Shown: positions 1 to 8,720, counted from the stretch's first letter. The stretch: 32,065 bases of DNA from Ilumatobacteraceae bacterium (GCA_040401775.1 JBBANV010000006.1:11211-43275); one strand, 5' to 3'. Numbers and translations are program-made. The notes: generated from the sequence alone by a model not told the origin.

Positions 1-111
1 CGCAACGAGATGATGGAACGGTTCAACAAACTCGACCGAAGTCTGTGGTGGAAGCTCTCGGTGGCGGTAGGTGCGGCATCCGCAATCTCCGAACTCTTGA
101 GCCGTATGTAA
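1..111 (+). CDS. 3' end of an unassigned CDS entering from the left edge (partial)
   Basis: Frame 1 is open from base 1 to TAA at 109-111 (...ERFNKLDRSLWWKLSVAVGAASAISELLSRM*). It has a hydrophobic C-terminal stretch. It is too short to assign a family and is below the ORF-track cutoff. Confidence 0.3.
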   Translation, partial: RNEMMERFNKLDRSLWWKLSVAVGAASAISELLSRM

Positions 112-166
112 CCGACGTTCGCCATCCACTTGGCGCCAATCACCAGGAGAGGTCTAGCCTCGGCAC

Positions 167-1864
167 ATGACCTACGATTTCAATCGATTCCTGCGCTATG
201 ACGAAATGACGGCATGGCTTCGCAGCCTCGCGGCGGCACACCCAACACTGCTCACCGTGGAGAGTTACGGCACGTCGCATCAGGGGCGTGACCTGCTCGT
301 TGCCACCATCACCGACACACGACATGGCGAACACCACACCAAGCCTGCCCATTGGATAGATGCCAACATTCATGCAGTCGAGGTCACTGGTGGAGTGGCG
401 GCGTTGTACATCATCCATGATCTGGTCAACAAGTTCGTTGCCGGCGATGCCACCGTGGTGGAAGCGTTACGAACGCGCACGTTCTATGTCGCTCCACGTG
501 TGAACCCCGACGGCGTAGAAGACGCTCTTCGCGATCGTCCGCTGTTCCACCGATCAAGCGTGCGTGCATGGCCGTGGTCGGATGGTCATCGTTGGCCCGG
601 CTTGCATCCACAGGACATCGACGGTGATGGACGCATTCTCACCATGCGAATTGCCGATGTGGACGGCGGCTGGATGCAACATCCACAAGAGCCACGAGTG
701 ATGATTCCCGTCGGACCGCTCGGGGCTCCCGCCGGAGTGCAGCGATACCGTCTGCTTGCCGAGGGTCTCATCGAGAATTTCGACGGCTTCACCATCGACC
801 AACCTCGCGACCCAGCGGGCCTCGACCTCAATCGCAACTTCCCTGCCGGCTGGGGTGTGGATGTCCTGGGGTCGGGCGATCACCCGATGAGCGAACCCGA
901 GGTCCATGCACTCGTGCGCGCGGTGAAGGCACGACCGAACGTCTGTGGGTACAACGCGTTCCACACCGCAGGTGGATTCATGCTTCGACCCAGCAGCAAC
1001 CTCCCCGACTCCCAGCTTCCGCCAGAGGACGTGTTCATCTTCAAGAAATTCGGTGAGCACTCCACCCCGCTGACCACATATCCGGTGCATTCCGTGTACG
1101 AAGATCTCACCTGGGACAAGTCGCGGGTGATGGGTGGAGCCGGCGACGACTGGGCGTACGACCACTTGGGCGTGTACTCATGGACGACGGAATTCTGGGA
1201 CGCGATCTATCGCGCAACTGGCGAGCATTCACCAACGGACGTGTGGTACGTGGGCCCAACCCCGGCACAAGATCTGGCCGTATGTACATGGAGCGATCAA
1301 CATGCTCCTGGTTCGTACGTTGCCTGGTACCCATTCGAGCATCCACAACTCGGCACGGTGGAACTTGGAGGTGTCGATGCATTCCACACGTGGACCAACG
1401 CTCCATCATCGCTCCTCAAGGCCGAAGTTGCAGCGCATACCGAGGTGGCGATCTACCAAGCCATGGCATCACCGCGTTTGGAAATCAAGTTGGCTGATGC
1501 CACACCACTTGGAGGTGACGTGTGGCGAGTGCGTCTCGGTGTAGCGAACACCGGCTGGCTACCCACCGACATAACGCAACACGCTCGACGCAAGAAGATC
1601 GTGCTCCCCGCAGTCGTTGAAATCTCGCTCTCGGGCGCAGCTGCCGGCAAGACGATTGATCTCGTGGAGGGCGAAGCCCGTGTGCGCATCGGCCAACTCG
1701 ATGGACGCTCCAAGTACCTCCTCGATGGTGGGGCGATGTCCGATGGCACCCCGGACCGTCACCTTCACACCTGGCTGGTGCGCGCTCCGAGCGGCACTGA
1801 GCTCATGTTGCGCGCCTCGCACCAACGTGCAGGCACGGTGACCAGTTCGATCACTCTTCGTTAA
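167..1864 (+). CDS. M14-family zinc carboxypeptidase
   Basis: 565-aa ORF with ATG at 167 and purine-rich AGGAGAGG at 145-152. The N-terminus is typical of Peptidase_M14 (FLRYDEMTAWLRSLAAAHP...SHQGRDLL) and carries the HxxE zinc motif (NIHAVEVTG). All overlapping ORFs are shorter antisense or off-frame shadows. Confidence 0.88.
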   Translation: MTYDFNRFLRYDEMTAWLRSLAAAHPTLLTVESYGTSHQGRDLLVATITDTRHGEHHTKPAHWIDANIHAVEVTGGVAALYIIHDLVNKFVAGDATVVEALRTRTFYVAPRVNPDGVEDALRDRPLFHRSSVRAWPWSDGHRWPGLHPQDIDGDGRILTMRIADVDGGWMQHPQEPRVMIPVGPLGAPAGVQRYRLLAEGLIENFDGFTIDQPRDPAGLDLNRNFPAGWGVDVLGSGDHPMSEPEVHALVRAVKARPNVCGYNAFHTAGGFMLRPSSNLPDSQLPPEDVFIFKKFGEHSTPLTTYPVHSVYEDLTWDKSRVMGGAGDDWAYDHLGVYSWTTEFWDAIYRATGEHSPTDVWYVGPTPAQDLAVCTWSDQHAPGSYVAWYPFEHPQLGTVELGGVDAFHTWTNAPSSLLKAEVAAHTEVAIYQAMASPRLEIKLADATPLGGDVWRVRLGVANTGWLPTDITQHARRKKIVLPAVVEISLSGAAAGKTIDLVEGEARVRIGQLDGRSKYLLDGGAMSDGTPDRHLHTWLVRAPSGTELMLRASHQRAGTVTSSITLR

Positions 1865-1867
1865 CGG

Positions 1868-2467
1868 TTACGCGACCGAGTGCATACTCGGCACGCGATG
1901 CGACTGCCAAGCACGCCACGCTATGTACGACGCACTGGGAATCAGGATGAGATTCGGATATGCGACCACCGGATCGTCGATCAGGTAGCCGTGAATGCCC
2001 CACGCACAGCCCATCGACACAAGGAGCAGGTTGGTGCTCGCCGACACTCCGTAGAGACGTTCGGTGCGAATGGCCCGCCACACTTGCGGAAGGATCGATG
2101 GCGTACCAATGATGACACCCGTCAATCCCACCAGGGTCGGGGCGATTTGCCCAACCACGAGGCAGTATGCGACGGATGCAACAACGATGACGATGGGCTT
2201 CCAAAGCGACATCGCGCCCTTGCGCACCATCATCGCTGCAATCGCAATCAGCGCAATCTCGATATTGGCATTCGCCACCACCATCGGCACGCTGTCGATC
2301 ACAAAGCCGTAAGCAAGCCACATCATCGTCCCCGCCAGCGAGATCAGCTGCGCGGCCCCAGAGACACCCTCGACGCTCTTTCGCGCATACACCCGAATCA
2401 CTTGCGGCCAAATGAAGACCGTTCCCAACCCGGCGGCTGCGAACCCTGAAATGTCGGCTGCAGTCAC
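1868..2467 (-). CDS. 7-TM double PQ-loop (SWEET/SemiSWEET-like) membrane transporter, paralog 1
   Basis: 199 aa with a GTG start at 2467. There are two SemiSWEET-like repeats, each with a PQ motif (FIWPQVIRVYARKSVEGVS and ILPQVWRAIRTERLYGVS) and an Asn-containing third helix (ANAN / YPN). I read seven hydrophobic segments by eye, arranged 3+1+3. It is collinear and gap-free with the ORF at 31376..31984. Confidence 0.8.
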   Translation of the reverse strand: MTAADISGFAAAGLGTVFIWPQVIRVYARKSVEGVSGAAQLISLAGTMMWLAYGFVIDSVPMVVANANIEIALIAIAAMMVRKGAMSLWKPIVIVVASVAYCLVVGQIAPTLVGLTGVIIGTPSILPQVWRAIRTERLYGVSASTNLLLVSMGCAWGIHGYLIDDPVVAYPNLILIPSASYIAWRAWQSHRVPSMHSVA

Positions 2468-2559
2468 CGCGCAACAGTAACGGTTGGGGCACTACGCCCG
2501 AGTCCATGACTGGCGCTCGCAGCAACCTGAGGGTGGCTTCACCGGATTGACGAGCCTTA

Positions 2560-2581
2560 CTCAAACATTATAGAGTTTGAG
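2560..2581. promoter_or_regulatory. Dyad site A: 22-bp palindrome CTCAAAC-ATTATAGA-GTTTGAG with core ACATTA|TAGAGT (2565-2576)
   Basis: It lies in the divergent gap between the SWEET-like gene (-) and the aminotransferase (+). 9 of 11 palindromic pairs match. Both halves fit TANNNT when read outward (TAATGT on the minus strand, TAGAGT on the plus strand). The minus strand also reads TATAAT. Confidence 0.6.
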
Positions 2582-2619
2582 ATATCGGCAATGTCGTTGT
2601 TGCCGAAAGGAGCACCATC

Positions 2620-3915
2620 TTGTCGTCGAATGCCGAGAGCACGTCACAGCGCTACACCAAGAGCATCGCCGCTCATGAAAGGCGCTCGCGTGTCATCGCA
2701 GGCGGTGTGAATTCGAACGTGCGACTCATGAGTCGACCCGTACCGCTCACCTTTACTCGTGCTCATGGTGCGATGATTTGGGACATCGATGGCAATGAAT
2801 ACATCGATTACGCAGCGGGTATGGGACCGACGATTCTCGGTCACAATCATCCGCGTGTGCTCGCCGCAGTGCAACAGGCCTTGCAGTCGGGACAATGTTT
2901 TGCTGGTCAGCACGAACTCGAAGCGGAGTTTGCCGAACGCCTCATCGGAGCAGTGCCGTGGATCGAGAACATTCGAATCGGTCTGGCCGGCTCCGACATG
3001 GACCTCCTCGCAGTGCGCATTGCAAAAGCAGTCACTGGTCGCTCGAAGGTTCTCCGTTTTACCGGCCACTACCACGGCTGGATTGATCCACTACTCGTTG
3101 GTCCAGGTGCCGCACCGACACCGTTCGGCACACCCCCCGTTGGACCAGGGCAGTCGGTGGCGGCCGCGAGTGAGATCGTGATGTGCGAATGGAACGATGT
3201 CTCGCTCGTAGAGCAGGTGTTTGCCGCACACCAGATCGCTTGCGTGATCATGGAGCCGATCATGTGCAACACCGGCGTGATCGCGGCGCAGCCCGGATAC
3301 ATCGAGGCAGTGAAGGCGTTGTGCAAGCAGCATGGTGCCGTCCTGGTCATCGACGAGGTGATCACCGGTTTCCGAGTCGGTCTTCAAGGTGCGCAAGGTC
3401 ATCTTGGCATCACCGGCGACATCACGTTGTATGCCAAGGCGATTGCATCGGGCTACCCCATGGCGGCCATCGGGACATCACGTGAACTGATGGCAGGAGT
3501 TGGTCGAGGTGAGGTCAACCACTCGGGCACCTACAATTCGGGATATCTCTCCGTCGCAGCAGCGGTGGAAACCATGAAGATCCTCGTCGAAGAGAACCCA
3601 TACCCGTCCTTGCAGAGGAACACGGTCAGACTCGTCGAAGGCTTGCGCAAGGTTGGCAACAGCAAGGGACTTGCCGTCGATTACGTTGCGGGCTCGCTCT
3701 TCCAAGTGCGTTTCGGTGCACAAGAGCCGATGCAAAACCGCGAGCATTTCGCCAAGAATTCGGACCAACCCAGGCTGATGAAGTTCCTCGACGCACTGCA
3801 GGATCGCGGAGTGCGACCAACCAGTCGTGGACTCTTCTTCGTGTCGGTGGCCCACGATGACCGACTGATCGACCGCACCTTGGAAATCACGGAGTCGGCA
3901 CTCGCCAGTATGTAA
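2620..3915 (+). CDS. Class-III (GSA-aminomutase-like) PLP aminotransferase
   Basis: 431 aa with a TTG start at 2620, 7 nt downstream of GAAAGGAG (2605-2612). Motifs GGVNSNVR, DYAAGMGPTILGHNHP, IDEVITGFR and YAKAIASGYP (candidate PLP lysine) are typical of the aminotransferase class III / HemL-like family. Confidence 0.88.
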   Translation: MSSNAESTSQRYTKSIAAHERRSRVIAGGVNSNVRLMSRPVPLTFTRAHGAMIWDIDGNEYIDYAAGMGPTILGHNHPRVLAAVQQALQSGQCFAGQHELEAEFAERLIGAVPWIENIRIGLAGSDMDLLAVRIAKAVTGRSKVLRFTGHYHGWIDPLLVGPGAAPTPFGTPPVGPGQSVAAASEIVMCEWNDVSLVEQVFAAHQIACVIMEPIMCNTGVIAAQPGYIEAVKALCKQHGAVLVIDEVITGFRVGLQGAQGHLGITGDITLYAKAIASGYPMAAIGTSRELMAGVGRGEVNHSGTYNSGYLSVAAAVETMKILVEENPYPSLQRNTVRLVEGLRKVGNSKGLAVDYVAGSLFQVRFGAQEPMQNREHFAKNSDQPRLMKFLDALQDRGVRPTSRGLFFVSVAHDDRLIDRTLEITESALASM

Positions 3916-3930
3916 CCGGTGATCCGGTTA
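3913..3930. terminator. Short bidirectional hairpin TAACCGG-TGAT-CCGGTTA that contains both convergent stop codons
   Basis: Perfect 7-bp stem with a 4-nt loop. TAA at 3913-3915 ends the aminotransferase. TTA at 3928-3930 is the reverse-complement TAA of the IlvD/Edd gene. There is no U-tract, so terminator function is uncertain. Confidence 0.35.
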
Positions 3931-5658
3931 GTGGCTTTCGCGAGTGACCTGCGAGCCACTCGAGCCCACGAGGAAATCGAGATCGCAACCCGTGTCGGCC
4001 TGCATCACGTGGTCGATGTACAAACGTGACCATCCCCTGGTGGCAACCGGTTCGGGTGCGCGCCACTTCGTGCGGCGAAGTTCCAGCTCTTCATCCGATA
4101 CGTGCAAGGTGAGCGTGCGTGACGGAACATCGAGCGTGATGCGGTCTCCCGTCTCAACAAGGGCGAGCGGTCCACCGAGCGTTGACTCGGGTGCAACATG
4201 CAGCACGGTGGTGCCGAATGCGGTACCACTCATACGTGCATCGCTGATGCGCACCATGTCACGCACACCTGCCTTCAGCATCTTCTCGGGCAGTGGCATG
4301 TTGCCGACCTCGGGCATTCCCGGGTAACCACGTGGACCACACCCGCGCAACACCAACACCGTTTCGGCGGTGACATCGAGCATCGGGTCGTCGACCCGGG
4401 CTTTGAAGTCCTCGATGGAATCGAATACCAGGGCTGGCCCCGTGTGCACGAGGAGCTCGGGAGAGGCTGCAGATGGCTTCACTACCGCACCTTGCGGACA
4501 CAGATTGCCCCGCAACACGGCGATTCCGGCCTCGGCAGTGATCGGATCGTTCAGTGATCGGATCATCGTTGGATCACTGTTCGTTCGACCCTGCCATGAT
4601 TCACGAATCGGACGACCCGTCACTGCAAGTGCGTCACCCTCCAGGATCGAGGAAAGTTCGGCCATGAGCGCCGGAATTCCACCGGCTTCGAAGAAATCCT
4701 CCATCAATCGACTTCCTGCAGGCATGATGTCGACGAGGAGCGGAAGACGCGATCCGATTCGGTCGATGTCATCCAACGTCAGCGGCACACCCACCCGTCC
4801 CGCAATCGCCAACAAGTGAATCACGGCATTGGTGGATCCGCCGATGGCAGACAGCACCTTCACGGCATTCTCGAACGCGTGGCGTGTCATCACCTTGCTT
4901 GGTCGCAGGTCTTCGTGCACCATCTGAACGATTCTTCGACCAGTCAGGTGAGCAAGTTGCTTGCGGCGGGTATCCGGCGCAGGAATCGCCGCGCTTTGCG
5001 GCAATGTCATGCCCAGTACCTCAGCCATTGATGCCATCGTGGACGCAGTGCCCATCGGATTGCAGTGTCCGGCACTGCGTGTCATCGATGATTCAGTGGC
5101 GACGAACTCCTCGGCACTCATCGTTCCCGCTCGCACCTCTTCGCTCATTCGCCACATGTCCGTTGCGGATCCAAGCGGCGCACCTCGATGCCGACCCGTC
5201 AACATCGGACCACCCGTGAGCATGATCGTGGGCAGGTCAACCGATGCAGCACCCATCAACATCGCAGGTGTCGTCTTGTCGCATCCCGAGAGCAGCACCA
5301 CTCCGTCGAGGGGATTGCACCGAATCGACTCCTCGACATCCATCGCCATCAGGTTGCGAAGCAACGCAGCCGTTGGCTGGATCTGGGTTTCACCCAAGGA
5401 AGTGACGGGGAACTCCAACGGCACTCCACCGGCCTCCCACACACCGCGCTTCACGAACTCGGCAAGTTCGTCGAGGTGTTGGTTGCAGGGAGTCAGGTCG
5501 GACGCAGAGTTGCAGATTCCGATCATCGGCTTTCCCGAGAACGCATCGTCGGGGAGTCCGCGCTTCATCCAACTTCGATGGATGTAGTTGTCTCGACTGG
5601 AACCGTCATACCAGTGACGTGTGCGAAGCGAGACGGGGGTTCCGTGTGGGGAGGTCAT
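3928..5658 (-). CDS. IlvD/Edd-family dehydratase (dihydroxy-acid / sugar-acid dehydratase)
   Basis: 576 aa. Family signatures are present: GICNSASDLTPCNQHL, SGCDKTTPAMLMGA and SAGHCNPMGTASTM (Fe-S cysteine positions). The start ATG at 5658 overlaps the upstream stop as ATGA (5655-5658). Confidence 0.9.
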   Translation of the reverse strand: MTSPHGTPVSLRTRHWYDGSSRDNYIHRSWMKRGLPDDAFSGKPMIGICNSASDLTPCNQHLDELAEFVKRGVWEAGGVPLEFPVTSLGETQIQPTAALLRNLMAMDVEESIRCNPLDGVVLLSGCDKTTPAMLMGAASVDLPTIMLTGGPMLTGRHRGAPLGSATDMWRMSEEVRAGTMSAEEFVATESSMTRSAGHCNPMGTASTMASMAEVLGMTLPQSAAIPAPDTRRKQLAHLTGRRIVQMVHEDLRPSKVMTRHAFENAVKVLSAIGGSTNAVIHLLAIAGRVGVPLTLDDIDRIGSRLPLLVDIMPAGSRLMEDFFEAGGIPALMAELSSILEGDALAVTGRPIRESWQGRTNSDPTMIRSLNDPITAEAGIAVLRGNLCPQGAVVKPSAASPELLVHTGPALVFDSIEDFKARVDDPMLDVTAETVLVLRGCGPRGYPGMPEVGNMPLPEKMLKAGVRDMVRISDARMSGTAFGTTVLHVAPESTLGGPLALVETGDRITLDVPSRTLTLHVSDEELELRRTKWRAPEPVATRGWSRLYIDHVMQADTGCDLDFLVGSSGSQVTRESH

Positions 5659-7130
5659 GTCCGCCAGTCTTCCATTGCATCCAACGGGTACATCGGCCGC
5701 GGAATTCTGGTCCAGGGCAACGAATGAACGTCCGATTGCGTTGGTCCGGGCGTTGCAACACGCACGAATTCAGTGGTGATTTCACGCATGTACTGAAAGT
5801 TGGAAGCCGTCTTCATCACGATCATCTTGTAGTCGGCGGGCTCCACGCCGAGATGGCGATAGACGCCTGGGTGAATTCCGCCGACTCCAGATGTTTCGGT
5901 AACGAGCAACGTCACCCGCCCTGCTTCGAGAATCACGGCATCACCCATGTCGACCGAACCCTGCGGAAGACCCTGAAGCGTCACGGCGCCGGAGCGTTTT
6001 GCTCGAAGTACCGCAGTTACCTTCACGGGTTGGTAAAACGAGTTTGCCCAGCCGCCGAGCTCGATCGTCACCGTGGACCCGACTTCGGCCGATGCGAGAC
6101 TCCGAGCCACGGTTGGGTCGGTCAGCGGAACCAACGCGCGATGCCGCAAATCGGTGGAGAGCAACTCGCGAAGAATCACCGTGCTGTCACCGGTGGAGCC
6201 ACCCAACACCGAATCCCCCGTGTCACTGAGGAGAACCACTCCCCGTGCCGCATCATCGGCATACGCAATTGCGCGACCTACTTCGAGATTGTCCAGCTTC
6301 ATGAATCGCTCACGCATCGACCATGCGTGATCGGCCAGCTCGTCGGCCAGTTGCTCTGCAGCGCCGGCATCGCCGTCGGTCACCACGACGATGGACCACC
6401 CGGCTTCTTCCACATCGAGCCATGGCTGCATGGGAAACAGCGAAACGGTGAGCACTCTTCCCTCCGACTCAAGCCGCCGTGCATGATCGAACCATTCCTT
6501 CATCGGGCCGCTCGCCGTGAGGAACTGCTCCTGATGCGTGATCATCGGGAGCTTCCGCCACGCCATCGTTGGTTCAACCTCACCCGAAAACATTTGAATC
6601 GCAATCTTGGTGAGGTCACGACCCGTTTCGAACGGGTCGTGCGGCTGCGTTCGAAACGCCATCAAGACATTCGTGTTCGACATCATCTTGTTGGTGACGT
6701 TCGCATGGTGGTCGAGCATCAATGCCAATGGTGTAACTGATCCAATCTCCTTGCGAATGACGGCAAGCAGTTCTCCTTCAACATCGTCAACACCAGCCGC
6801 CGACGCGGCACCGTGCAAGAACACGATGACTCCGTCGCACCTGCCCGCCTCGCGCAGCCCACGGGTGATGATGTTCGATAGCGCGGCGAGGGTGTCGGCG
6901 CTGAGTCGCCCACCCGACTGAGCATCAGCGCGAACAATCGGAACGATTTCAACGTTCTTGCCGCTCGTCCGCACGGCGTCGAGACAGCCGGCAATTGGCC
7001 CAGCGGGATCCACTCGTTCGAGGACACTCCTGCCCTCCAGCAGTGCCACATTGCGAAAACCGTCCAGCATCGTGGGGACCGGATTGAACGTGTCGGTCTC
7101 CTGCATCACATGAATCAACGCGACTCTCAT
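5655..7130 (-). CDS. MlrC-like M81-family metallopeptidase, paralog 1
   Basis: The ORF is open to 7265. The conserved family N-terminus MRVALIHVMQETDTFNPVP starts at ATG 7130, 31 nt after the SDR stop, with AAGGTGA upstream. The longer 5' extension would overlap the SDR gene. It is about 30% identical by eye to the ORF at 22740..24272. Confidence 0.82.
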   Translation of the reverse strand: MRVALIHVMQETDTFNPVPTMLDGFRNVALLEGRSVLERVDPAGPIAGCLDAVRTSGKNVEIVPIVRADAQSGGRLSADTLAALSNIITRGLREAGRCDGVIVFLHGAASAAGVDDVEGELLAVIRKEIGSVTPLALMLDHHANVTNKMMSNTNVLMAFRTQPHDPFETGRDLTKIAIQMFSGEVEPTMAWRKLPMITHQEQFLTASGPMKEWFDHARRLESEGRVLTVSLFPMQPWLDVEEAGWSIVVVTDGDAGAAEQLADELADHAWSMRERFMKLDNLEVGRAIAYADDAARGVVLLSDTGDSVLGGSTGDSTVILRELLSTDLRHRALVPLTDPTVARSLASAEVGSTVTIELGGWANSFYQPVKVTAVLRAKRSGAVTLQGLPQGSVDMGDAVILEAGRVTLLVTETSGVGGIHPGVYRHLGVEPADYKMIVMKTASNFQYMREITTEFVRVATPGPTQSDVHSLPWTRIPRPMYPLDAMEDWRT

Positions 7131-7161
7131 CGTGCGATTCACCTTGCCGTCGTCAAGCGGC

Positions 7162-7953
7162 TCAGTAGTGGATCCAGCCACCGTCGACGTTGATGACCTG
7201 ACCCGATACGAAGCTGCTGTCGTCGGATGCCAGATAGAGGAACGTTCCGGCAAGGTCATCGGCAAATCCGCGGCGGGGCAGGCATTGGCGTTCGGCGGAC
7301 AGTACCTTCAACTCTTCTTCGTCGAACCCAAGGGCTACTTCCTGCTCGGTACGAATCGCTCCAGGCATGACGGAGTTGACTCTGATGCCATCCTTGCCCA
7401 CCTCACGAGCGAGGGCGCGCGTGAAACCGATGAGTGCAGCCTTGGAGCTCACATAGTCGAGCAACCCGGCCATTCCGAGCTCCACCGTCACGCTGGTCAC
7501 CGTGATGATGTTTCCACTCTTGCGGCGAAGCATCCCGGGGTAGCACGCCTTTGCGCAGAGAAATGCCCCGCGAACGTTGACAGCTTGCGTGTAGTCCCAT
7601 TGCTTCGAGGTGATCTCGTGCCATGGCACGCGCACGCCGTAGGCCGCATTCGTCACCAGAATGTCGACATCGCCGAATTCTCGGTGTGCCGCTGCAACCA
7701 TCTCGGCGACCTGTTCTTCGGACGAAATGTCCGCGGGAACCTTCACTGCCGAACCACCCTCTGCCCGAATCGACGCAACCACGTCGTCGGCAAGTTTGCT
7801 CATCTTGTCGTCCGGATAGGTATTCACCACGACGGATGCACCTTCACGGGCGAACAACTTGGCAACGGCTGCCCCGATTCCCCACGAGGCGCCGGTCACC
7901 AGTGCGACGCGACCGGCCAGCTTCCCGCTGGCCTCACGAGGGGACGATGTCAC
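7162..7953 (-). CDS. SDR-family oxidoreductase (classical short-chain dehydrogenase)
   Basis: Carries TGASWGIG (TGxxxGxG), a NAA motif and YVSSKAA (YxxxK). I chose GTG at 7953 because it forms a GTGA overlap with the upstream SDR stop (7950-7952) and has GGAG 8 nt upstream. The ORF track's TTG at 7965 is an alternative start. Confidence 0.82.
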   Translation of the reverse strand: MTSSPREASGKLAGRVALVTGASWGIGAAVAKLFAREGASVVVNTYPDDKMSKLADDVVASIRAEGGSAVKVPADISSEEQVAEMVAAAHREFGDVDILVTNAAYGVRVPWHEITSKQWDYTQAVNVRGAFLCAKACYPGMLRRKSGNIITVTSVTVELGMAGLLDYVSSKAALIGFTRALAREVGKDGIRVNSVMPGAIRTEQEVALGFDEEELKVLSAERQCLPRRGFADDLAGTFLYLASDDSSFVSGQVINVDGGWIHY

Positions 7954-8720
7954 CAAACGCTCCAACCACCGTCAACGATCAGATTCGTGCCGTGGACGAA
8001 CGAAGAACCCTCCGACGCCAAGAACACGGTGGCGGTCACATAGTCCTCAGGCTGGCTATTGCGACCAACGGGTGTTTGCGATGCCAGGTGCTTCCACAGT
8101 TCTGGCTCGCCATCGGGTGTTTCCATCCAGGTGATCATTCCTGGGCTGAGATTGTTGATCGTGACACCCGTCCGACCAATCTGACAAGCGAGATAATTGG
8201 TGAGACCAATCAAGCCGTGCTTGGCGGCCGTGTACGCACCGGCTCCGGCGTTCTTGCCGGTGTTGTTCGGGTCCTGACCGAGCGTGCCATAGATCGACGC
8301 GATGTTGATGATGCGACCCCACTTCTTGGCAGCCATCTTCGGAATGAACAAACGGCACAAGCGCTCTGACGCGATGACATTGATTTCGTAGGTATCACGC
8401 CACTCCTGGGTTGATTGCTGACCCCACGGCTTGGAGAATGGATCTCCGCCGGCATTGTTGACGAGGATGTCGACGTGTTCGGGCATCTTGTCGAGTTCCT
8501 CGTACAACGAGTCGGAGGTCAGGTCACCAACGATGTAGCGGTGCGGTGCGCCGAGGCTCGAGAACGTCTCGCGCAGTGCTGCCTCGCTTCGCGCAACGCC
8601 GATCACCGTCGCACCGTGGGCAGCAAGCCCATGTACCAAACCTCGGCCGAGTCCGTAGCCACCACCAGTGACCAATGCGGTGTGTCCCGTCAAATCGAAC
8701 AGATTGCCCTTGCTTGCCAT
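7950..8720 (-). CDS. SDR-family oxidoreductase
   Basis: 256 aa with TGGGYGLG, NNAG and YTAAKHG (YxxxK). ATG at 8720 is preceded by GGGAGGA (reverse complement of 8727-8733). Confidence 0.88.
   Translation of the reverse strand: MASKGNLFDLTGHTALVTGGGYGLGRGLVHGLAAHGATVIGVARSEAALRETFSSLGAPHRYIVGDLTSDSLYEELDKMPEHVDILVNNAGGDPFSKPWGQQSTQEWRDTYEINVIASERLCRLFIPKMAAKKWGRIINIASIYGTLGQDPNNTGKNAGAGAYTAAKHGLIGLTNYLACQIGRTGVTINNLSPGMITWMETPDGEPELWKHLASQTPVGRNSQPEDYVTATVFLASEGSSFVHGTNLIVDGGWSVW

Noticed and set aside
297-308. Loose GntR-type TnGT-N4-ACnA matches scattered through coding regions (for example TCGTTGCCACCA).
   Set aside because: The degenerate consensus is expected by chance many times in 32 kb. 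Only the near-identical pair at 24274 and 26522 in non-coding or start-proximal positions was kept.
1859-1870. The CGTTAACG palindrome and closely spaced convergent stops (TTAACGGTTA) between the M14 peptidase and SWEET-like paralog 1.
   Set aside because: An 8-bp palindrome is too short to be meaningful on its own and has no flanking stem or U-tract. It is probably a coincidence of the two stop codons.
2586-2605. The hairpin CGGCAA-N8-TTGCCG just upstream of the aminotransferase SD, considered as a possible riboregulator.
   Set aside because: It has only a 6-bp stem and I recognise no conserved riboswitch-like architecture. It is too weak to call without comparative data.
5619-6740. 373-aa plus-strand ORF antisense to MlrC paralog 1. 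Similar long antisense or off-frame ORFs occur at 554..1165, 7132..8043, 7623..8369, 9917..10513, 10553..11290, 11073..11807, 14209..14886, 16197..17048, 18755..19615, 22950..23783, 24190..25050 and 30909..31682.
   Set aside because: These are typical shadow ORFs of GC-rich DNA. Each lies fully inside a gene with clear family motifs on the other strand or frame. Their translations are Arg/His/Pro/Cys/Gly-rich with no recognisable domains. They lack SDs.
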